Of a stretch of DNA of 56,310 nt, positions 1-10,467 are shown one piece after another. The notes under the pieces are model-generated. The model worked only from the letters and a program-made list of their open reading frames with translations, ran no database searches and was not told where the DNA came from. This stretch comes from Caulobacteraceae bacterium (GTDB lineage: Bacteria > Pseudomonadota > Alphaproteobacteria > Caulobacterales > Caulobacteraceae): contig JARLIP010000101.1 in assembly GCA_031291685.1 (NCBI GenBank), positions 1 through 56,310 of the forward strand, written 5' to 3'. A program made the position numbers and the translations under genes. Positions within the stretch are counted from its first letter, which is position 1. Every line of letters begins with the position of its first letter.

Positions 1-1199
1 CGCTTCCGTCCGTCCACCCAGGCGTCGATCATGTCGGCCCATTCCTGCAGCATGTGTCGGCGCTGCGGCTCGTATTCCGCCTTGTTGTAGACCCCGCGCG
101 AGGACCGCCCGTCCTCGTGCGCCAGGCACTTTTCGATCCAGTCGCTGTTGAAGCCGAGCTCGTTAAGGAGCGTCGAGCCGGTGCGGCGCAGGTCGTGGAC
201 GGTGAACGGCTCCAACGGCAGATCTTCCTTCTGCGCCCGCTCGACGACGGCATAGGTGATCCGGTTGAACGTCGCACGCGACATGGGGGCGTCCGCGTCG
301 TACCGCGAGGGCAGCAGATAGCGGGAGTTCCCGGCGCAAGTCTTGAGCGCGACCATGATGTCGAGCGATTGGCGGGTGAGATAGACGTTGTGCGCCTTCG
401 CGCGCTTCATCCGCTCCTTCGGAATGGTCCACACGGCGTTCTCAAAATCCACCTCGGGCCAGGTCGCGTCCTGCAGTTCGCTCTTGCGGACCATCGTCAG
501 CAGGATGAGCCGCATCCCGAGCCGGATCGTCGGAAGTGTGGCGACGTGCTCGAGTTGCTTCAGCATGATCCGAATCTCGGTCGCCGAAAGGGCCCGGTCC
601 TTGGGGACGAACGTGGCGATCGACGCCGGGCCGACCTCGTCCGCAGGATTGGCGACCTTCTCGCCGTGCAGAATCGCGAAGCCATAGACTTGTTTGACGA
701 TGTCCCGGACGTGCAGCGCCGTCGCCGGCGCGCCGCGATCCTTGACCTTCCCGCAGTGGGCGCGAAGGTCGTTCGGCGCGATTTCGGTCAAGAGCCGATT
801 GCGGAACACCGTCAGCAGGTCGCGCTCGTAGATCGAGCGCCGCATGGCCCGGGTGCTGTCGGCCATCGGCGCCTCCGTGAACCAGCGCTCGGCGAACTCG
901 CCGAAGCTCTTGGCCTCCTGAAGACGGCGCTTCTCCCGCTGCTTCTCGTGGGCGGGCGAGAGCCCGGCCTCGACGGCGCGCCGCGCATCCAGGCATTTCT
1001 CCCGGGCGCGGGCCAGCGACACGCCTGCGGGCCCGTACTTGCCCAACACCACAGTCTCGCGCCGGCTGTGGAGCCGGTAGTCGTACCGGAAGGTCACCGT
1101 GCCGGACGTCGCGACATGGGCGTACATCCCGTCCCGGTCGGCGACCTTGTAGGGTTTCCCCTGTGATTTCAGATTCTTAAGCGCGGTGTCGGTGAGCAC
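1..1199 (-). CDS. Tyrosine recombinase/integrase with N-terminal arm-DNA-binding domain (P4-like); 3' end runs off the window
   Basis: Manual translation from GTG 1199 (RBS AGGAGG upstream): MLTDTALKNLK..PYKVADRDGMY...MVRKSE...VHDLRRT...LAHE...VYNKAEY, giving the R-HxxR-H-Y catalytic motifs. Missing from the ORF track because there is no stop inside the window. Confidence 0.93.
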   Translation of the reverse strand, partial: MLTDTALKNLKSQGKPYKVADRDGMYAHVATSGTVTFRYDYRLHSRRETVVLGKYGPAGVSLARAREKCLDARRAVEAGLSPAHEKQREKRRLQEAKSFGEFAERWFTEAPMADSTRAMRRSIYERDLLTVFRNRLLTEIAPNDLRAHCGKVKDRGAPATALHVRDIVKQVYGFAILHGEKVANPADEVGPASIATFVPKDRALSATEIRIMLKQLEHVATLPTIRLGMRLILLTMVRKSELQDATWPEVDFENAVWTIPKERMKRAKAHNVYLTRQSLDIMVALKTCAGNSRYLLPSRYDADAPMSRATFNRITYAVVERAQKEDLPLEPFTVHDLRRTGSTLLNELGFNSDWIEKCLAHEDGRSSRGVYNKAEYEPQRRHMLQEWADMIDAWVDGRK

Positions 1200-1217
1200 G
1201 CCGGCCTCCTCAGATCG

Positions 1218-1380
1218 AAAATACCGTCAGCCATATTCGGCCGTCCGAGGCGACAATTTCTCCAATATTTTTCGATAGTTAGGTGTCGAAAAAATACCGT
1301 CATGGCCTCGATTTGGCTGACGGTATCTGCGCCGAGCGCAACGGACAAGCGGAGCCGATACCGTCAGAACTACCGTCAGA
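1218..1380. repeat. Five TACCGTCA repeats, putative integrase arm-binding sites
   Basis: Copies at 1222, 1295, 1359 and 1371, plus an inverted copy at 1318-1325. 1221-1233 and 1314-1326 form a perfect 13-bp inverted pair. Confidence 0.75.
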
Positions 1381-1493
1381 TCGGTTCGGCGCCCTGCGAT
1401 AGAAGGCGATAGACGATGTAAGGAAAGTATTTTATATTCAGTGAGTTATGTCGATGAACCGATAGTCCGCGATACCCCGCGAACCACGTTGAA

Positions 1494-3059
1494 TCATTCC
1501 CACTCGATCGTCCCCGGCGGCTTGGAGGTCACGTCATAGACCACGCGGTTGACGCCCTTGACCTCGTTGATGATGCGGGTGGCGGCCTTGGCCAGGACGG
1601 GCCAGGGGAATTCGAAGAAGTCGGCGGTCATGCCGTCGGTGGAGGTCACGGCGCGCAGGGCGCAGACGTCCTCATAGGTGCGCGCGTCGCCCATCACCCC
1701 CACGGTCTTGACCGGCAGCAGCACGGCGAAGGCCTGCCAGATGCTGTCATAGAGGCCGGCCTTGCGGATCTCGTGCAGATAGATGGCGTCGGCCTGTTGC
1801 AGGGTGGCGACCTTGGCCCTCGTGATCTCGCCGGGGATGCGGATGGCCAGGCCCGGTCCCGGGAAGGGATGGCGGCCGACAAAGGCCGGCGGCAGGCCCA
1901 GCTCGACGCCCAGGGCGCGGACCTCGTCCTTGAACAGCTCACGCAGGGGCTCGACCAGTTTCAGCTTCATGTGCTCGGGCAGGCCGCCCACATTGTGGTG
2001 GCTCTTGATCACCACCGAGGGCCCACCCCGGGCCGAGACGCTCTCGATCACGTCGGGATAGAGGGTGCCCTGGGCCAGGAAACCGGCGCCCTCGATCTTG
2101 GCCGCCTCCCGGTCGAAGGTCTCGATGAACAGGCGCCCGATGGTCTTGCGCTTGGCCTCGGGGTCGGAGATCCCCTCGAGGGCGCCCAGGAATTCCTCAG
2201 AGGCGTCAACGTGGATCAGCGGGATGTTGTAGTGATCCTTGAACAGGGTCACCACCTGCTCGGCCTCGTTCTGGCGCAGCAGGCCCGTGTCGACGAACAC
2301 GCAGGTCAGCTGGTCGCCGATGGCCTCATGGATCAGAACCGCGGCGACGGAGCTGTCGACCCCGCCGGACAGGCCGCAGATCACCCGCCCCTCGCCCACC
2401 TGTTCGCGAATCCGCGCCACCGCCTCGGCGCGGAAGGCGGCCATGGTCCAGTCTCCCTCCAGCCCGGCGATGCGGTGGGTGAAGTTGCGTAGCAGGAGGG
2501 CGCCGCGCGGGGTGTGGACCACCTCCGGATGGAACTGCACCCCATAGATCCGCCGCCCCTCGTCGGCGATGGCGGCGAAGGGAGAGTTCTGCGAGGTCGC
2601 CACCACCTGGAAGCCCTCGGGAATGGCGGTGATCACGTCCCCGTGGCTCATCCACACCGGCTCCAGATCGCCCACATCGCCGAGGCCCGCCAGCAGCGGG
2701 GTTTCCCGCGCGATGCGGATGTCGGCCCGCCCGAACTCCCGGTGATGGCCGCCCTCCACCGCCCCGCCCATGGCCGCGCAGATCGCCATCTCGCCATAGC
2801 AGATGCCCAGGACCGGAACCCCCAACTCGAACAAGCGGGGATTGGGGGTGGGGCTGTCCTCTTCGCCGGCGCTGGCCGGGCCACCGGACAGGATCACCGC
2901 CTTGGGGGCGTAGCTGTCCAGGAAGCCGTCGCTGACCTTGTCGAAGGGATGGATCTCGCAATAGACGCCGCTCTCGCGGACCCGGCGGGCGATCAACTGG
3001 GTCACCTGGCTGCCGAAATCGACGATCAGGACGCGGTCGTGGCGGGCGGGTTCGGTCAT
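1494..3059 (-). CDS. guaA: GMP synthase (glutamine-hydrolysing)
   Basis: [46 protein letters not shown]. Start trimmed to MTEPARH at 3059. Confidence 0.98.
   Translation of the reverse strand: MTEPARHDRVLIVDFGSQVTQLIARRVRESGVYCEIHPFDKVSDGFLDSYAPKAVILSGGPASAGEEDSPTPNPRLFELGVPVLGICYGEMAICAAMGGAVEGGHHREFGRADIRIARETPLLAGLGDVGDLEPVWMSHGDVITAIPEGFQVVATSQNSPFAAIADEGRRIYGVQFHPEVVHTPRGALLLRNFTHRIAGLEGDWTMAAFRAEAVARIREQVGEGRVICGLSGGVDSSVAAVLIHEAIGDQLTCVFVDTGLLRQNEAEQVVTLFKDHYNIPLIHVDASEEFLGALEGISDPEAKRKTIGRLFIETFDREAAKIEGAGFLAQGTLYPDVIESVSARGGPSVVIKSHHNVGGLPEHMKLKLVEPLRELFKDEVRALGVELGLPPAFVGRHPFPGPGLAIRIPGEITRAKVATLQQADAIYLHEIRKAGLYDSIWQAFAVLLPVKTVGVMGDARTYEDVCALRAVTSTDGMTADFFEFPWPVLAKAATRIINEVKGVNRVVYDVTSKPPGTIEWE
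1498..1505 (-). other. Putative att core (GAGTGGGA) within the last codons of guaA
   Basis: Matches the 8-bp core recalled for guaA-targeting islands; adjacent to the integrase. Confidence 0.6.
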
Positions 3060-3135
3060 GGGCGTCCTTTTTGGATCAGGGTCGTGGTCGGCGGCGCGGG
3101 ATTGGGCGGGCTCATAGTCAAATTTCGCCCCGGCG

Positions 3136-4449
3136 TCACGCAGCACGCCTCAGGGCGGCGACGAAGAAGCCGTCGGTGGCGGCGATGCGCGGGGTCAGGC
3201 GCAGGAACCCTTCCGCCGTGCGGCGGGGCGCCAGCATCGCCAGGCCCTCGGGGCCCACCTGGGCGGAGGCCTCGATCTGGGCCAGCACGTCCAGAGCCTC
3301 GAAGCGCGGATCGGCGGCGCGGAAGGCGGCGATGCGGTCCTCGTTCTCCTCGACCAGGAGCGAGCAAGTCACATAGATGAGCCGCCCGCCGGGCTTCACA
3401 TAGGCGGCGGCGGCGCTCAGCACCGCGTCCTGCTCGGCCATGCGCCGCTCCAGCTGGGCCTGGGTCAGGCGCCACTTGGCGTCCGGGTGGCGCCGCCAGG
3501 TGCCCGAGCCCGTGCAGGGGGCGTCGACGAACACCACGTCCATCTTTCCCACCAGGTCGTGCAGCGGATCGGGCCGCAGGGGCGTGCGGACCTGCAGGTT
3601 GCGCACCCCCGCCCGCTCGGACCGGCGCACGGTGTCGGCCAGGCGCCGGGCGTCGGCGTCATAGGCGTAGAGCTGGCCGGTATTGCCCATGGCCGCGGCC
3701 AGAGCCAGGGTCTTGCCCCCGCCCCCGGCGCAGAAATCCAGCACCTGGACGCCCTTGACGGCCCCCGCCGCGGCGGCGGCGATCTGCGAGCCCAGGTCCT
3801 GCACCTCGAACCAGCCCTTGCCGAATTCAGGGATGGCCTCCACCGGCGGCGCCTTGTCCGTGGGGCCCGGGGCGGCGATGCGCAGGGCGTTAGCCGCGAT
3901 CCCGGCCGGATGGGCGTTCAGGGGCTCCAGGGCCTTGATGGCCCGGTTCAGGTCGGTCTTGAGGGTGTTGACCCGCAGATCAATGGGCGCCCGGGCGGCC
4001 AGGGCGGCGGCCTCCAGCCCCCGCTCGCCGCCAAAGGCCCGGGTCAGGGCCGCGTCCAGCCAGTCGGGATAGTCCCCCAGCACGGCCGCGCTGGCGCCCT
4101 CAAGTCCGTCCTTGGCCAGGAGCCGCGCGGCCTCGTCATCGGTCAGGGCGCCGATCCCGTGGGGGGCCTCGGCGGCGGCCTCGGCGATCCGCTCCAGGGG
4201 CCAGCCCCAGGCGAAGCCCAGGGCGCCCAGGACCACGCCGCGGGGGCTCTCGCTCCCCATCCGCGCGCCCAGGCTGCGGCGATGGCGCAGGGCGTCCAGC
4301 ACCAGGCCCGAGACGAAGGCGCGATCCTTCGAGCCCGCGAACCGGCTGGCGTCCCCCCAGGTCTTCAGCGCCAGCCGAAACGGCTTGTGGCGCTCGTCCA
4401 TGTCCTCGATGACCGTGATTGCGGCCGCGACCCGTCCCGCGTCACGCAC
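3136..4449 (-). CDS. RsmB/NOP family RNA m5C methyltransferase
   Basis: [29 protein letters not shown]. The position between guaB and guaA is typical of alphaproteobacteria. Confidence 0.92.
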   Translation of the reverse strand: MRDAGRVAAAITVIEDMDERHKPFRLALKTWGDASRFAGSKDRAFVSGLVLDALRHRRSLGARMGSESPRGVVLGALGFAWGWPLERIAEAAAEAPHGIGALTDDEAARLLAKDGLEGASAAVLGDYPDWLDAALTRAFGGERGLEAAALAARAPIDLRVNTLKTDLNRAIKALEPLNAHPAGIAANALRIAAPGPTDKAPPVEAIPEFGKGWFEVQDLGSQIAAAAAGAVKGVQVLDFCAGGGGKTLALAAAMGNTGQLYAYDADARRLADTVRRSERAGVRNLQVRTPLRPDPLHDLVGKMDVVFVDAPCTGSGTWRRHPDAKWRLTQAQLERRMAEQDAVLSAAAAYVKPGGRLIYVTCSLLVEENEDRIAAFRAADPRFEALDVLAQIEASAQVGPEGLAMLAPRRTAEGFLRLTPRIAATDGFFVAALRRAA

Positions 4450-4481
4450 CCTGTCGCCTCGCAGATCTCACGCTCTGAGCC

Positions 4482-5969
<1,488 letters not shown>

Positions 5970-6069
5970 CTATAGCCGGCGCCGCTCGGGTTGGGAAGGG
6001 CGTCATTGTCATTGACGCATGCGACAGGCCTTCGAGTGGAGCCTCAGGTGGGGCGCAAGAGCCCCTCAA

Positions 6070-6789
6070 TCAACGCCCACGAAAGCCGGTGGCCACCAGA
6101 TAGAGCTCGGAACTCTGGGCCCGGCTGGCCTTGGGCTTGACGTGCTTGACCACGTCGAAATTAGCCTTCAGCACCCGCAGCACCTCGGAGGTCTCGCCCC
6201 CCTGGAAAGCCTTGGCGACAAAGGCGCCGCCGGGCTTGAGCACCTCCACGGCGAAATCCGCCGCCGCCTCGATCAGGCCGATGATACGCAGGTGGTCGGT
6301 GCGCTTGTGGCCGATGGTGTTGGGCGCCATATCCGACAGCACCAGGTCCGGCGCGCCCCCCAGGGCGGCCATCAACCGCGGCCCGCAATCGGGATCAGTG
6401 AAGTCCATCTCGAACAGCTGGGCGGGCGGCAGGGGATCCACGGGCAACAGGTCCACCCCCACCACGTGGGTCGCGCCCCGCTCGATCGCCACCTGCACCC
6501 AGCCGCCGGGGGCGCAGCCCAGGTCGATCACCCGGGAGCCTTGGCGCAGCAGGTGAAAACGATCGTCGATCTCCGACAGCTTGAAGGCCGCCCGGGAGCG
6601 ATAGCCCCTGGCCTTGGCCGCGGCCACGAAGGGATCGTTCAGTTGGCGCTCCAGCCAGGCCTGGGAGGACGGGGTGCGCACCTTGGCGGTCTTCAGGCGA
6701 ACGGCGGCCTTGCGGGTGTGGCCCTCGATCTCGTTGCCGCGGGTGGGGGCGCGGACCAGACGGCGCTTGGGAGGATCTTCGCTCATCAC
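6070..6789 (-). CDS. rlmE: 23S rRNA Um2552 2'-O-methyltransferase
   Basis: [31 protein letters not shown]. Confidence 0.95.
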   Translation of the reverse strand: MMSEDPPKRRLVRAPTRGNEIEGHTRKAAVRLKTAKVRTPSSQAWLERQLNDPFVAAAKARGYRSRAAFKLSEIDDRFHLLRQGSRVIDLGCAPGGWVQVAIERGATHVVGVDLLPVDPLPPAQLFEMDFTDPDCGPRLMAALGGAPDLVLSDMAPNTIGHKRTDHLRIIGLIEAAADFAVEVLKPGGAFVAKAFQGGETSEVLRVLKANFDVVKHVKPKASRAQSSELYLVATGFRGR

Positions 6790-7916
6790 GCCACCGCCTT
6801 GGCCGCACCCTTGCCGGCGCGCCGACGGCGCCGGGTGCGCCGACGGCCGCTGTTCTCGGCCATCAGCGACAGTAGCAGGCCCTCGCGCAGGCCGCGATCA
6901 GCCACGCGCACCCGGTCGCACGGCCAGACCTCCTGCACCGCCTGCAGGATCGCCGCCCCGGCCAGAACCAGGTCCGCCCGGTCCGGCCCGATGCAGGGCT
7001 GGGCCGCCCTCTGGGCCGGCTCCAGGTTCAAGAGCCGCTCGGCGGTGGCGACGCAATCGTCCCGGGTCAGCCACAGGCCGTCCACCAGGGTGCGGTCATA
7101 GCGGGTCAGGCCCAGATGGATCCCCGCCAGGCTGGTGATGGCGCCGGACGTGCCTACCAGATGCCCTCGTCCCGCATTGAAGGCCTCCCTCAGGCCCTCC
7201 GCATGGGGAAATTCGGTGATCCTGGCCTTGACCGCATCGACCATGGCCCGGAACCACGCCCGCTCCCCCGGCCGCTTTTCCGGAAACTGCTCGGCCAGGG
7301 TGACGACGCCCATGGGAATGGAGAGCCAGGCCCGAATCGGCGGCATGGCGGCCAGCCCCCCGGCCATGATCTGCTCGGACGTGGTCCCGCTCAGGTCCAC
7401 CCAGGACAGTTCGGTCGAGCCTCCACCCACGTCCAGCACCAGGGCCGCGTCCGTGGAATGGTCCAAAAGCGTCAGACAGCCCGCGACCGATAGACGCGCT
7501 TCCTCGTGCGGCGTGATTACCTGGAGGTGAATTCCGGTCTCCCGCTCGACCCTCTGGATGAACTCCGCCCCATTGGCCGCCGAGCGGCAGGCCTGGGTGG
7601 CGATGGCCCGGACCCGGGGCACGCCCCGGCGGCTGAGCCGGTCGGCGCACACCTTCAGGGCGCTCAGGGCCCGGTCCATGGCGGCCGGTTGCAGGCGCCC
7701 GGTCTGGGACAGCCCCTCCCCCAGACGCACGATCCGCGAATAGGCGTCGATCACGCGAAACCCACCCCGGGCAGGGGTTGCGATCAACAGACGGCAATTG
7801 TTGGTGCCCAGGTCCAGGGCGGCGTAAAGCGGTACCGACTGGCGATTCGCCCCCTCCACGCGTCCGCCTGATCGTCGATTCCTTTGACGCTCAGCAGGCG
7901 CGACCGCGTCGGACAT
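6786..7916 (-). CDS. ppx: Ppx/GppA family exopolyphosphatase
   Basis: [31 protein letters not shown]. Confidence 0.9.
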   Translation of the reverse strand: MSDAVAPAERQRNRRSGGRVEGANRQSVPLYAALDLGTNNCRLLIATPARGGFRVIDAYSRIVRLGEGLSQTGRLQPAAMDRALSALKVCADRLSRRGVPRVRAIATQACRSAANGAEFIQRVERETGIHLQVITPHEEARLSVAGCLTLLDHSTDAALVLDVGGGSTELSWVDLSGTTSEQIMAGGLAAMPPIRAWLSIPMGVVTLAEQFPEKRPGERAWFRAMVDAVKARITEFPHAEGLREAFNAGRGHLVGTSGAITSLAGIHLGLTRYDRTLVDGLWLTRDDCVATAERLLNLEPAQRAAQPCIGPDRADLVLAGAAILQAVQEVWPCDRVRVADRGLREGLLLSLMAENSGRRRTRRRRRAGKGAAKAVA

Positions 7917-8069
7917 GGGTTAAACCTAAGCTCAGAAACGAGGCACGGCGCCTGGAACCGGCCACCTTAGCAAGCCGTCACCCAAGCTGAAAGGCGTAGG
8001 TTTGCGCTGGCGATGTGTCGCATTACGTTCATCTTCCAGTCAGGACCGATCTGTAGCCTTAATGACGTC

Positions 8070-8399
8070 ATGAGCACACGACTTGCAAAATTCACGCTGG
8101 GTCAGGTGGTTCGCCACCGGGTGTTCCCCTTCAGGGGGGTGATCTTCGACGTGGACCCCATCTTCGCCAACACCGACGAATGGTGGGAATCCATCCCCGA
8201 GGAGATCCGTCCCCGGAAGGATCAGCCCTTTTATCACCTGCTGGCCGAGAACGATGAAGGCACCTACACCGCCTATGTCTCCGAGCAGAACCTGCTCGCC
8301 GACGACTCCGGTGAGCCCGTCACTCATCCCCACACGGGCCTGATGTTCGACGGCTTCAAGAACGGGCACTACCACCTGCGCCAGCGGGTCACCCACTAG
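8070..8399 (+). CDS. hspQ: Heat shock protein HspQ
   Basis: AKFTLGQVVRHR..FRGVIFDVDP, QPFYHLLAEN, AYVSEQNL. Confidence 0.92.
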   Translation: MSTRLAKFTLGQVVRHRVFPFRGVIFDVDPIFANTDEWWESIPEEIRPRKDQPFYHLLAENDEGTYTAYVSEQNLLADDSGEPVTHPHTGLMFDGFKNGHYHLRQRVTH

Positions 8400-8402
8400 G
8401 CC

Positions 8403-8420
8403 GCGCGTCCTTCGAGACGC
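8403..8420. repeat. Short hairpin GCGTC-CTTCGA-GACGC between convergent hspQ and ribH-like genes; terminator or REP remnant
   Basis: Inverted repeat directly after the hspQ stop. Confidence 0.35.
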
Positions 8421-8441
8421 GGCGCGGTCAGGGCGCGGCTC

Positions 8442-8942
8442 CTACCCGTGCACCAGCTGATCCAGAAATTCCCCGCCCTCCAACGCCCCTGGGGTGATCC
8501 GCGTCTCCCCCTCGCGGATTCGGCGCAGCATCAGAGCGGTCTCGTGACAGGCCCTGGCGGCTTGGCGGCCCTTGCCGTCGGCGGCGTCTGCCTGGGGGGT
8601 CAGGACGCCGAAGCTGATCGGGGTCTCCGAGGTCAGGCTCGCGCTCAACAGGCCCTGATTCACCTCCAGGCTGATCAGGTCGTCATCAGCGGCGGCGCCC
8701 TTGATCAGGCGCCCCAGGCAGATCACCCCTTCATAGCGGCCCGTACGCGCCAGCGTCTGGGCGATCAGGGGCAGGTCGAAGGCGCCCGGAGCCTCGAAGA
8801 TGTCACCCTCGTCCACGGCCGCCCCTTGCTCGGCCAGATAGGCCTGGGCGCCGCCAAGCAGGTCGGTGGTGGTCTCCTCCTCCTCGAAACGGCTGACCAC
8901 GATGGCCAGGCGGACAGGACGAATAAAGGTCTGGATGGTCAT
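8442..8942 (-). CDS. ribH: Lumazine synthase (RibH)-like protein with degenerate active site
   Basis: LAIVVSRF, PGAFDLP, VICLG..IKG and PISFGVLT fold motifs are present, but the GxTxH motif and the catalytic Arg region are lost. Confidence 0.75.
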   Translation of the reverse strand: MTIQTFIRPVRLAIVVSRFEEEETTTDLLGGAQAYLAEQGAAVDEGDIFEAPGAFDLPLIAQTLARTGRYEGVICLGRLIKGAAADDDLISLEVNQGLLSASLTSETPISFGVLTPQADAADGKGRQAARACHETALMLRRIREGETRITPGALEGGEFLDQLVHG

Positions 8943-8953
8943 GTCAGGCCCCC

Positions 8954-9574
8954 TCAGGCGTTCGCCGGCGTCAGATAGGCGTGGCACAGGCGCTCCACAT
9001 ATTTAGCCAGCACGTCCACCTCGACATTGACCTCGTCGCCGATGGAGCAGAACCGCAGATTGGTATGGGCCCAGGTGTGGGGGATCAGGGTGATTCCCAC
9101 GGTGAAGCGGCCGTCGGGGCCCGTCTCTCCCACCGCATTGAGGGTCAGGCTGATTCCGTTGAGGGCAATGGAGCCCTTCTCCACGCAAAAGCCCCGCAAG
9201 GCGGCCGGCAGTGTCAGTTCCACCCGCCAGGACTCCCCATCGTTGATCACCTGGGTCAGACGCGCGCGACCATCCACATGGCCCTGCACCAGATGGCCGG
9301 AAAGGCGGGTGTCCAGGGTCACCGAGCGCTCCAGGTTGACCGCCCCGCCCACCGCCAGGGCCGACAGGTTCGAGCGCTCCAGGGTCTCGGGACTGACGAA
9401 GAAGTCGGCGCCCATCCCGTCGTGCCGGGTCACCGTAAGACAAACGCCGTTGACCGCGACACTCTCCCCAAGGGAAAGGTCCGAAAAGCCCGTGCCGATG
9501 GTCAATCGCCGGGCCGCTCCCTCGGCGGTCAAACCCTCGATGCGGCCGACCTGCTCGACAATGCCTGAAAACAT
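8954..9574 (-). CDS. ribE: Riboflavin synthase (alpha chain)
   Basis: MFSGIVE, SVAVNGVCLTV, VNLER, SGHLVQGHVDG, VNVEVD; RBS AAGGAG. Confidence 0.93.
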   Translation of the reverse strand: MFSGIVEQVGRIEGLTAEGAARRLTIGTGFSDLSLGESVAVNGVCLTVTRHDGMGADFFVSPETLERSNLSALAVGGAVNLERSVTLDTRLSGHLVQGHVDGRARLTQVINDGESWRVELTLPAALRGFCVEKGSIALNGISLTLNAVGETGPDGRFTVGITLIPHTWAHTNLRFCSIGDEVNVEVDVLAKYVERLCHAYLTPANA

Positions 9575-9737
9575 GGGCGCTCCTTTAAAACTCGACGTCG
9601 TGGCGCGGCGCGGAGACAGCCCGGCGCCGGGGTTGAGTAAAAATCCCGGCGGGATGAAATCCGCGCGTTGTCATGAGACGGTGCTAAGGCCTAAGTCTGG
9701 CTTCGACCAAGCCGATCCTGAAATGCAAGAACCTAAC

Positions 9738-10460
9738 ATGTCAGACGCCATGCAGATGAGCCCGCTCCGGCCACCTACGAGAAGCATGAAAGGACCCGCC
9801 AATAGCGTGTCCAGCGACGGGGAATGGGCGCCGGGCCTGCAGAAGGCCCGGATCTACGAACAGATCCTGCTCGACATTATTTTGGGCAATCTTCGCCCCT
9901 TGAGCGTGCTGGACGAGAAGGCCCTGGCGGCGGCCTATGCCGGCGGGGTGGCCGGGGTGCGCGACGCCCTGGGCCGCCTGGCCCTGGAGGGTCTGGTGAT
10001 CCGCCGTCCCCGGGTCGGCACCGTGGTGGCGCCCCTGGACATCGGCGAGATCGAGCAGGCCTTCGAGGTGCGCTACATGCTGGAGGCCCGCACCGCGGCC
10101 CTGGCCGCCCGCAACGCCACGCCGGAGGATCTGGCCGCCATCAGCGGCGCCTTCGACGGGGCCGAGGCCGCCATCGCCGCCGCCGATTTCCGCGCCATGC
10201 TGTCCATGGACCGCGCCTTCCACAAGGCCGTGGCCCTGGCCACCCGCAACGGCCCCCTGGCCCGGTTCATCATCTCCCTGCAGAACGTGGCCACCCGCTT
10301 CTGGATCTGGGAAATGGAAAAGCAGACTCCGCAGGACCAGCTCAAGGACGTGGTGCTTCACCGGGCCCTGGCCACCGCCATCGCCGAGCGCGACCCCGTA
10401 GCCGCCGAAGCCGCCGCCTCCAAGCTCCTGGGCGAGCCCCCCAGCGCCTACCGGGTGTGA
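9738..10460 (+). CDS. GntR family transcriptional regulator (FCD domain)
   Basis: wHTH (IYEQI..G.LRP...VRDAL.RL..EGLV) plus FCD (D.AFH). The ORF-track extension to 9027 is antisense to ribE. Confidence 0.85.
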   Translation: MSDAMQMSPLRPPTRSMKGPANSVSSDGEWAPGLQKARIYEQILLDIILGNLRPLSVLDEKALAAAYAGGVAGVRDALGRLALEGLVIRRPRVGTVVAPLDIGEIEQAFEVRYMLEARTAALAARNATPEDLAAISGAFDGAEAAIAAADFRAMLSMDRAFHKAVALATRNGPLARFIISLQNVATRFWIWEMEKQTPQDQLKDVVLHRALATAIAERDPVAAEAAASKLLGEPPSAYRV

Positions 10461-10467
10461 AGCCCCC

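Larger units (their letters stand above)
1..1505. mobile_element. End of an integrative element/genomic island inserted in the 3' end of guaA
   Basis: Integrase directly downstream of the guaA stop; AT-richer 1200-1490 spacer with arm-type repeats; GAGTGGGA core at the guaA 3' end. Confidence 0.8.

Noticed and set aside
54-1166. 370-aa plus-strand ORF
   Set aside because: Antisense shadow of the integrase; no recognisable motifs.
6013-6026. TGAC-N6-GACA near the guaB promoter as another TetR site
   Set aside because: Mismatched, lacks the GTCAATA tail, and shows the short motif can arise by chance.
7917-8069. tRNA or ncRNA between ppx and hspQ
   Set aside because: No cloverleaf or T-loop motif; no tRNA or rRNA was recognised anywhere in the window.
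9027-9737. Apparent N-terminal extension of GntR, and similar extensions of cysW (to 23276), the Mo subunit (from 49844) and guaA (to 3146)
   Set aside because: They overlap other real genes; better starts with RBS or stop-start coupling exist.
9575-9737. FMN riboswitch upstream of ribE
   Set aside because: GGCGGGATGAAATCC resembles part of the RFN element but is on the wrong strand, and the other conserved blocks are missing.
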